IMG/VR virus record: IMGVR_UViG_3300021141_000001
DNA length: 64,000 bases
Source: a virus
Reading direction: 5' to 3' (one strand)
Within the stretch, counting starts at the first letter, position 1; each line of letters starts with the position of its first letter. This document shows positions 57,009 through 64,000 of this stretch, piece by piece. Made by a program: the position numbers and the translations under genes. Under the pieces are notes generated by a model that saw only the letters and a program-made list of their open reading frames with translations, did no database searches and had not been told where the DNA came from.

Positions 57009-57040
57009 CTTGTTTTTTCTTAACTAATGTTGTATATTTG
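57009..57040 (+). promoter_or_regulatory. Bacteroidota sigmaA-type promoter
   Basis: CTTG-N20-TATATTTG. Confidence 0.6.
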
Positions 57041-57063
57041 TATAATTAATAAATTAGCTCGAC

Positions 57064-58287
57064 GTGAATAAAAACAACTTAATTTTAGAAACATTCCTAC
57101 GGTTGACGAGCCGCACTTATCCACATGGTACTGAAGATGAATTGGTAGAATCAATGATTGAACAAGGTATATTTCCAGTGGATTTACAAAAAGACGTACA
57201 TGGTAACTACTTCTATAAAATAGGAGAGTCACGAACTATATTTGCTTCTCACTTAGATACTGTTAGTAAAGAATCTACCACCGTAACACATACATTTGAT
57301 GATTATATGATTGGTACTGATGGTAAGACTACTTTAGGTGCTGATGATAAAGCAGGTGTGACTGTTATGTTACATTTAATGAAAAATAACATTCCTGGTC
57401 TTTACTACTTCTTCATCGGTGAAGAAGTTGGTTGTATTGGTTCAGGATTGGCATCATCAATGTCTATAAAAGACTTCAAAGGTAAATACGATAGAATTAT
57501 CTCTTTTGATAGAAGAGGCACTGACTCTGTTATTACCTATCAATCTTCTACAAGATGTTGTTCAGATGATTTTGCCGATGCTTTGGCAAGACAATTGAAC
57601 TTATCTGGTATGAAATATAAAAAAGACGAAGGTGGAGTTTATACTGACTCGGCTGAGTTTACTGATATCATCCCAGAGTGTACAAATATATCTGTTGGTT
57701 ATTACAAAGAACATACTGTTAATGAGACTCAAGATATTCAACACCTTGAAGATTTATCAATGGCTTGTTTATTAGTTGATTGGGAGAATCTTCCAACTCA
57801 ACGAGATATGACTAAGAAAGAGTACAAATCTTATGGTTATACTAACTATGGCACTGGTTATAAATCAACTACTTATAAACCCAAATCTAACGATTGGAGA
57901 AGAAGAGATTATGGTTATCACGATGATTGGTATGACCAAAGTCCTCAAGATGATGCGCCTATTGATAATAGTGTTGATGATGTTGATTGGGAAATCGAAT
58001 ATGGTAAATTTAAGAAAAGCCGTAGAAGTAATAAAAAAGGAAAATCTTACATTGATAATGGATCCGGTTTAGAACCATATAGCGATAGAACTAATATTTC
58101 ATATAAAAGTTCTACATTATCAAATGTAGGGAATGATAGAAATTACTATGATAATTTGATTGATAAAATTGTTAAAGATGATTTATCAAAAGAAGATTTA
58201 GAAGTTATTAAAGACCAATATCTTGATATGACTACTGAAAATGATAGAACTTTTTATCAATATCTTTTAGGAAACATTATCGACTAA
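57064..58287 (+). CDS. M20/M28-family zinc peptidase
   Basis: SHLDTV, GADDKAG, GEEVG, FDRRG, YTDS, NISVGY..EH. Confidence 0.85.
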   Translation: MNKNNLILETFLRLTSRTYPHGTEDELVESMIEQGIFPVDLQKDVHGNYFYKIGESRTIFASHLDTVSKESTTVTHTFDDYMIGTDGKTTLGADDKAGVTVMLHLMKNNIPGLYYFFIGEEVGCIGSGLASSMSIKDFKGKYDRIISFDRRGTDSVITYQSSTRCCSDDFADALARQLNLSGMKYKKDEGGVYTDSAEFTDIIPECTNISVGYYKEHTVNETQDIQHLEDLSMACLLVDWENLPTQRDMTKKEYKSYGYTNYGTGYKSTTYKPKSNDWRRRDYGYHDDWYDQSPQDDAPIDNSVDDVDWEIEYGKFKKSRRSNKKGKSYIDNGSGLEPYSDRTNISYKSSTLSNVGNDRNYYDNLIDKIVKDDLSKEDLEVIKDQYLDMTTENDRTFYQYLLGNIID

Positions 58288-58489
58288 AATCAATAATATC
58301 AGAAGACTTAATAATTTCATCAGGAGCATTAGGAATTTTAGAATTAGGAACATTATGACTAACTTTATAAGAAACTTTAGACAATTTCTCAAGTATTTTA
58401 ACAGGAGTAACCATGTCATTATACCAATATTCTATAAGAACATTGTCACCCTCTTTTAAAAACGATTTAAACTCTAACAAAAACTTCAT
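58277..58489 (-). CDS. Small SH3/Tudor-like tagged protein
   Basis: MKFLLEFKSFLKE then GDNV...VKI. Confidence 0.55.
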   Translation of the reverse strand: MKFLLEFKSFLKEGDNVLIEYWYNDMVTPVKILEKLSKVSYKVSHNVPNSKIPNAPDEIIKSSDIIDFSR

Positions 58490-58504
58490 ATACTATATAT
58501 TAAT

Positions 58505-59470
58505 ATGTCAATGCTTATTTTTAACGACGAAATGTACAGCTTTCTACAATTTGCCCAGAGAGAGTCTATTATTGCGGCATTATTTTTACAAGGTGATTCA
58601 TCACATATCAATGATGAAGGTAATTATGTCAAAAGAGTTGAAGATGAAATAGATGTTGTTTCATTTTTACCAAAATCTAAATATGAAAAAGTTGAAAATG
58701 AATGGGAAAGTGGTCGTATTAAAATTAAAATTGGAAGATTTATTAGAAAATTTCTAACAGATTTTTCAATTCAAAATTTTAACATTAATGACCAAATGAT
58801 TGAAAAATTTGTAAATCTCTATAAATCTTATTTCTCTAGAGATATATCTAAATTAAAGATTGTAGAGGGTGAGGAAATTCTAAAATATTATTTAGAAGAT
58901 AATTATCATAGTCTTAATGGAAATAGAGCTGGTTCTCTTTGGAATTCTTGTATGAGACAAAGAGAACGAAATAAGTTTATGAAACTTTATGCTAAAAACT
59001 CTGATAAAGTCAAAATGTTAGTTTTCTTTTCAGATGATGATAAGGTAAGAGCTAGAGCATTGATATGGGAAGGTGTTAAAGACCATAAAGATTCTACCAA
59101 AGAGTATAAGTTTATGGATAGAATTTACTATTACTACGACCATGATATTAATTTTTTCAAGGATTGGGCAAAAGAAAGCGGATATCTTTGTAAATGGGAA
59201 CAAAGTGCTAAAACTGAAATGTTATTTGATGATGGTACTGGTTCTCCAGTTATAAAACAATTATATGTTATGTTAGACGAATATAATTTGCCTTACTATC
59301 CTTACTTAGACACTTTTAAGTTCTTTAATTTTGATAAAGGTAGATTCTCTAACTCTGACTCATATAACTTTGATTATATTTTAGTCCAAAGTTCTGGTGC
59401 TATGGAACGCGAAGAGCGTGAGCCAGATGAAGATGAAATGTTATACTTTGATGAAGATGATAATAATTAA
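58505..59470 (+). CDS. Hypothetical phage protein (SCM / RAL.W / DRIY / PYLDT type)
   Basis: NSCMR, ARALIW, FMDRIY, YPYLDTF. Confidence 0.65.
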   Translation: MSMLIFNDEMYSFLQFAQRESIIAALFLQGDSSHINDEGNYVKRVEDEIDVVSFLPKSKYEKVENEWESGRIKIKIGRFIRKFLTDFSIQNFNINDQMIEKFVNLYKSYFSRDISKLKIVEGEEILKYYLEDNYHSLNGNRAGSLWNSCMRQRERNKFMKLYAKNSDKVKMLVFFSDDDKVRARALIWEGVKDHKDSTKEYKFMDRIYYYYDHDINFFKDWAKESGYLCKWEQSAKTEMLFDDGTGSPVIKQLYVMLDEYNLPYYPYLDTFKFFNFDKGRFSNSDSYNFDYILVQSSGAMEREEREPDEDEMLYFDEDDNN

Positions 59471-59504
59471 ACAAAAAACCCACCAATTAGGTGGGTTTTT
59501 TGTT
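59470..59504. terminator. Bidirectional terminator, CCCAC family
   Basis: AACAAAAAACCCACC-AATTA-GGTGGGTTTTTTGTT. Confidence 0.8.
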
Positions 59505-60258
59505 AAAACTCTTTTTGTTCTGAACGATACTTATCATATCTATCAGCAATTTGTATTAAGAATTTATTTCTAACGATATCTGTGTTATTGAACTCAAACA
59601 TACAAAGCTCTTCCATTCCATTCACCATTCCAATAAAGTCATTATAACCTGAGTCTTTTTTTCTAACATCATACTGTGATGTATCTCCCATCATAACAGC
59701 TTTTGAGTCTTTACCTAAACGAGTAACCCATAACATTAGTTGTTTAATAGAAGCGTTCTGACACTCATCTAATAACATAATACAGTTATCATAAGTAGAA
59801 CCTCTCATATAAGCTAATGGCTCAAATACGATTTCTTCTGTAGCAAATAACATATCAACTGTTGCTCTGCCTAAAATCTTACAGAATGTTGTGTAATAAG
59901 ATTGTTTATATGGATGTAATTTATCTTCCATACTTCCTGGTAAGAAGCCTAAGTTTTCGCCTGATTCTTGAATAGGTTTTGTAATAATTATTCTTTCAAT
60001 TTTTTTATCAGCTAAAAGTGCTAATGCGGCATAACAAGTAGTATATGTTTTAGATGTACCGGCTGGACCGTGTACAACTGTAAGTGTGTTATTTCTTATA
60101 CCTTTATACAAATCTTGTTGTTTTTCACTAAGATGAACATTTGATTTTTGAAACTCTTCTTTAGTAAGTGAGTTCTTTTTTCGAAGGTTCTTTTTATATT
60201 CAAAGTCTTGAATTCCTTCTTGAATCTGGCTGTTTACTTCACTTCTGTTTTTACTCAT
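59503..60258 (-). CDS. phoH: PhoH-family ATPase
   Basis: GPAGTSKT, LGFLPG, PLAYMRG, DECQN, TRLG, GD..Q.D, DIVR. Confidence 0.93.
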   Translation of the reverse strand: MSKNRSEVNSQIQEGIQDFEYKKNLRKKNSLTKEEFQKSNVHLSEKQQDLYKGIRNNTLTVVHGPAGTSKTYTTCYAALALLADKKIERIIITKPIQESGENLGFLPGSMEDKLHPYKQSYYTTFCKILGRATVDMLFATEEIVFEPLAYMRGSTYDNCIMLLDECQNASIKQLMLWVTRLGKDSKAVMMGDTSQYDVRKKDSGYNDFIGMVNGMEELCMFEFNNTDIVRNKFLIQIADRYDKYRSEQKEF

Positions 60259-60363
60259 TTAGAATGATTTATTTTCTTTATATATTGATATTTTTTATTT
60301 ACCCTTCTCTTTATAAGAGATATCAACTTTTAATATATAATACAAACATTACTCTCAGAGAAA

Positions 60364-60579
60364 GTGAAAAAAGAGGATGACTTAATATATGACTTGATTT
60401 TTTCGGAAAAAGAATCTTTTAAAATTGATATATCCGAGTATATTTCAGATATATATCAGTATGAAGATTTTATTGATAAAATTAAAAAGATTTTAAAAAA
60501 ATCTAAAGTTAAAATAATTATAAGTGAAACTCTGATGAGTAGTAAAACAGTAATCTGGGAATTAAAAGTTAAAAAATAA
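60364..60579 (+). CDS. Hypothetical protein
   Basis: 71-aa ORF behind TAATATATA at 60331. Confidence 0.55.
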   Translation: MKKEDDLIYDLIFSEKESFKIDISEYISDIYQYEDFIDKIKKILKKSKVKIIISETLMSSKTVIWELKVKK

Positions 60580-60581
60580 AT

Positions 60582-63500
60582 ATGTGGACATACAATACTG
60601 ATTATAGCAAATGGTACGCTAATGATGACTCAATCTCAAAGAATGATTTTGATTTTTTAAAACAAGAGTTAAAATCTACTAGGTTTTATTCAAGATGTTT
60701 AAGTGGTGCTACATATTTACCTGTAAATAGTCTTACTAATATTTATGATATACTAGGAAGTTATCAACAAAGAACATGGTATATTAGTACATTGGGTTCA
60801 CAATATAGTGTTACATCTATTCCTTCTCAACATGCTTCACCTATAGATTCAAATACTTCAAATGATTATTATACAAAGTATTTATCTGAATATGGCTTAA
60901 CATTAAAAAACTTATTTACGCCTTATAGATTAATAAAAGACGCTTCAAAGAACTTTTACTATGTTGATGTTGCTACAACTGAACAGATTGATTTAACAAC
61001 AGTAACAAAAGACTATTATATAGATGGTGTTAAATTATTAAATGGTCATAGAGTTTTAATTAAGGATCAAAAATTAAGTATTGTTTTACTAAACACTGCT
61101 GATCCTAATACTTATTTTACAGGACAATATAGCATTATACAAGATTTAGGTGGAACAATTGAGTACCAATATTACAGTGAGGAAAATGGTATTTATATTT
61201 ATAATGATGGTATTTTAGTTAGAGATTCTGATTTAGATGATTATAGTAGATGTGTGAGATATAGTGTCTCTGTTAAACTGGGTAATACTAATACTGATAA
61301 ACAATTTCATTTATCTAGACTACTAAGCGGTTATTTTCCTACAGTTTCATTAGCACAGCCTATTGAGTTTAAAGAAAAACATAACTGGATTTTAAGAAAT
61401 CGAGTTGATTATAATAATTTATTTGAGATAAACTACTATGATATAATTAAACATGGTACACAATCATATAATTATGAAGGTATTACTTATAGTGTTCCTG
61501 AAAGAACTTTATCTGTTGGTGAATTTGGTATTATTTTAAATACACAAGAAACTAAATCAAATATTATTAAAAATAAATATAAAGTTAATCTAAGAAGTAT
61601 TACAGAGACCTCAAATTTTTATTGGATATGTGGTGATGAAAATACACTTTTAAGAGTTAGAAAACATGATTTTTACATTGATAGAATTTTACTTGAAAAT
61701 ATTCCAACAACTTTACCAAATTTAATAAAAACTAATCTTTCTTCTGTTTCATTTTTTAATGATTTAGTAGGTGTTGTTGTTGGTGAATTGAATACTATAC
61801 TTTACACCAAAAATGGTGGTTACAAATGGGAAAGAATTGAAGTTGCTGATTTTAGTGAATATAACTATAATAAAGCTTTGTATTCTACAGGTTCTAGTTT
61901 TTTTGTAGCTGGTGATAATGGTGTTTTATTAGAATTTATTAATAGTATCGCCGGTTGGACAGCTTATAAAAGAAGAGTTTCTCAAATTGAAGATTCGGTT
62001 GATGAGTACATATTAGTTGAAAATATTAATGATTTATACAAAACTACAATTTCTAGTTGGAATGTTAGTTATAACTATTATACACAATCTATACCAACAA
62101 GTAAAGAATTACTTTTCTTAGTTACGAATAATAGTAAAATTATAGCTTATGATGTTAATAACTCATTCTCTCAAATAGGTACAGATTTTATTTACTTTGA
62201 CTTTGGAAAAGAGTATAGTGATATTAGAAATATTACACAAAGACAAGGTACTAATAAATTTTATTTTACAGGTACTGATCCAGTTAGTGGTGATGATGGT
62301 ATATTCTCATTTGATATAAGTAGTTTTAGTACATTAGGTACTGGTAGTTCTTATTCAAATACAACAGTTGGTGTTAATGCTACTTATGAATATGCTGCTT
62401 ATCCAAATGAAATATTTGATTATAATGGTACAAATTTATTAATATGTGGTAATACTTCATTATTAGGAACTTCCACATATTCAGTGTTAAATTTTAACTC
62501 ATTAGATTCTACATTTGAAGATAATTTAAAATCTAAGTTATTAGTTATTGATTATGATATTGCTTCTAAACTAAATTTCTTTACAGATGCTGGTGAATAT
62601 AGATTACCAAATTCAGTTACTTTTAGCAATACTACTTTGAATACTATAAATTCAAAAATTGGATTTAAGCCAATTCAACATCCATTAACGTCTACTAATA
62701 ATGGTACTTATTCAGAAACAAACTGGATTACATATTGGACAGATGCTGAAAAAACATTTGAGTATTATAATTTTACTCCAATGGATGAGTCAACTAAAGT
62801 TTTAATATCAACAACTTTTTCATATGATACTAATTCTACCTCTATATCATATAACAATACTCAAATTACAGCTTCTGCTTCATTAGTTTCTTTGTTAGCA
62901 CCGGCTATTACAATGTTCAATTTAGTAAAAAGTGTATCAATTAAAAGTGCTGGTACTGGTTATTCAACCGCTTCAAATGTTGCCACAACTGGTGGTTCTG
63001 GCACAGGATTAAAATTAAATATAACAGCTTCTGGTGGTTTGATAACATCAGTTAAAGTAGCTGTTAAAGGTGAGGGCTATAACGTTGGTGATGTTGTTAC
63101 TGTTACTGGTGGTACACTTGGTAAAATAAAAATTGACTCAATTGAGAATCATTCTCAAAGTAGATTTAATGGATATGGAATGCCTTCTATAACTGCTGTT
63201 CCTACTACTGGTGTTGCTGGTGCTTATAGAATATTTATTTATGATTATTTAATGATTTATAAAGTTGGATTAAGTTATCCAATTTCTGTTGGTGATATAA
63301 TGAAATTTGAAAGTGGTATTGTTGATACACAATTTATTGTAAATAAAGTTATAACAATCGGTTCTTGGAAATTTATTTATATGTACACTGAATTTAATCA
63401 AAATATGATAACTGATTTATTGAATACATTAAGTAATGTTACACTTACGAATTTAAATAAATACACAAATGTTGCTGAGTTAAAAGGTAGATTTAATGAA

Positions 63501-64000
63501 CACCCTATTTCAAATGCTTATAAATTAGATTATTTAGATTCCTATGGTGATGTAACAACTGCTACATCAAGTGTTTTTCAATTAAGTGCTAGATTTAATA
63601 ATCTAACTTCTTATTATAATTTACAAACATCAGTTAATGTTGGTACTAATACTCAAATAGTGCCTTATGTTTCAAACTATCAGTTTTCAGGTGGTGTTTC
63701 TTACTCAATCTCAACTACTGGTACAACTTACAGTTTTGCTAATGGTGTTTCTGCTAGTAATACTCTTACGCCGGTTGCTGGTCTCCTTGGACTTCCTGGT
63801 TTTGGAGGTGATGGTTCACCTGCTATCTCTGCTAAATTACAACTTCCAATTGGTATAAATTATGATAATGTTGGAAATTTATATATTGCGGACAGTTCAA
63901 ATAGAAGAATCAGAAAGGTTAGTGCTGGTGTTGGTGGAATAATAACTACAATTGCTGGTATTAATAATCCATTAGGTAATTATAGTGGTGATACTTCTCC
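60582..64000 (+). CDS. Very large structural (baseplate/tail) protein, 3' end outside window
   Basis: ATG 60582 (MWTYNTDYSKW); the same frame encodes IDGV.L..GHRVLIKDQ, BNR-like T.NGG..W, SAGTGYS and a terminal NHL-like GNLYIADSSNRRIRKV; missing from the track presumably because no stop is reached. Confidence 0.8.
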   Translation, partial: MWTYNTDYSKWYANDDSISKNDFDFLKQELKSTRFYSRCLSGATYLPVNSLTNIYDILGSYQQRTWYISTLGSQYSVTSIPSQHASPIDSNTSNDYYTKYLSEYGLTLKNLFTPYRLIKDASKNFYYVDVATTEQIDLTTVTKDYYIDGVKLLNGHRVLIKDQKLSIVLLNTADPNTYFTGQYSIIQDLGGTIEYQYYSEENGIYIYNDGILVRDSDLDDYSRCVRYSVSVKLGNTNTDKQFHLSRLLSGYFPTVSLAQPIEFKEKHNWILRNRVDYNNLFEINYYDIIKHGTQSYNYEGITYSVPERTLSVGEFGIILNTQETKSNIIKNKYKVNLRSITETSNFYWICGDENTLLRVRKHDFYIDRILLENIPTTLPNLIKTNLSSVSFFNDLVGVVVGELNTILYTKNGGYKWERIEVADFSEYNYNKALYSTGSSFFVAGDNGVLLEFINSIAGWTAYKRRVSQIEDSVDEYILVENINDLYKTTISSWNVSYNYYTQSIPTSKELLFLVTNNSKIIAYDVNNSFSQIGTDFIYFDFGKEYSDIRNITQRQGTNKFYFTGTDPVSGDDGIFSFDISSFSTLGTGSSYSNTTVGVNATYEYAAYPNEIFDYNGTNLLICGNTSLLGTSTYSVLNFNSLDSTFEDNLKSKLLVIDYDIASKLNFFTDAGEYRLPNSVTFSNTTLNTINSKIGFKPIQHPLTSTNNGTYSETNWITYWTDAEKTFEYYNFTPMDESTKVLISTTFSYDTNSTSISYNNTQITASASLVSLLAPAITMFNLVKSVSIKSAGTGYSTASNVATTGGSGTGLKLNITASGGLITSVKVAVKGEGYNVGDVVTVTGGTLGKIKIDSIENHSQSRFNGYGMPSITAVPTTGVAGAYRIFIYDYLMIYKVGLSYPISVGDIMKFESGIVDTQFIVNKVITIGSWKFIYMYTEFNQNMITDLLNTLSNVTLTNLNKYTNVAELKGRFNEHPISNAYKLDYLDSYGDVTTATSSVFQLSARFNNLTSYYNLQTSVNVGTNTQIVPYVSNYQFSGGVSYSISTTGTTYSFANGVSASNTLTPVAGLLGLPGFGGDGSPAISAKLQLPIGINYDNVGNLYIADSSNRRIRKVSAGVGGIITTIAGINNPLGNYSGDTS

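Noticed and set aside
3313-63858. Short overlapping ORFs in the track (e.g. 3313, 7654, 8704, 9606, 10488, 11599, 17670, 20794, 31413, 33234, 36244, 39089, 44289, 57833, 63667)
   Set aside because: Antisense or alternate-frame shadows of well-supported genes, with no motifs or promoter support.
1-64000. Alternative genetic code (TAG/TGA recoding seen in some large phages)
   Set aside because: Core genes are full-length in the standard code, coding density is high, and the polymerase ends at TAA.
1-64000. CRISPR array, DGR/retron reverse transcriptase, integrase or transposase
   Set aside because: No regularly spaced repeats and no RT, Cas or recombinase motifs seen.

Overview
AT-rich (visibly under ~30% GC), gene-dense segment of a large, distantly T4-like tailed phage (jumbo/mega-myovirus type) in the standard genetic code. 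Repeated TTTG-N19/20-TAnnTTTG promoters and an Hc1-type histone-like gene point to a Bacteroidota host. It encodes replication, recombination and nucleotide functions (ThyA, N-terminal half of a split family-B DNA polymerase, DinG-like and gp41/DnaB helicases, NrdA, RecA/UvsX, RuvC-like resolvase, minimal ligase, DNA methylase), host-like genes (CysK, GreA, PhoH, SET, NUDIX, HAD), structural genes and one non-canonical tRNA-Cys. The top candidate for a new system is a Ro60/TROVE gene preceded by two related structured RNAs (63 nt and 262 nt). They share a Y-RNA-like bulged terminal helix and a UACUUCG motif, lack a canonical YrlA T-arm, and are followed by a terminator that RNA1 could disrupt. 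Other signals: about 25 proteins with a T4-like N-terminal capsid-targeting tag behind a TAATATATA promoter, a second recurrent R-x-x-K-I-x-x-I-L tag on small proteins, and a stand-alone fragment of the major capsid protein C-terminus. All homology calls are from motif recognition by eye; no searches or folding programs were run.
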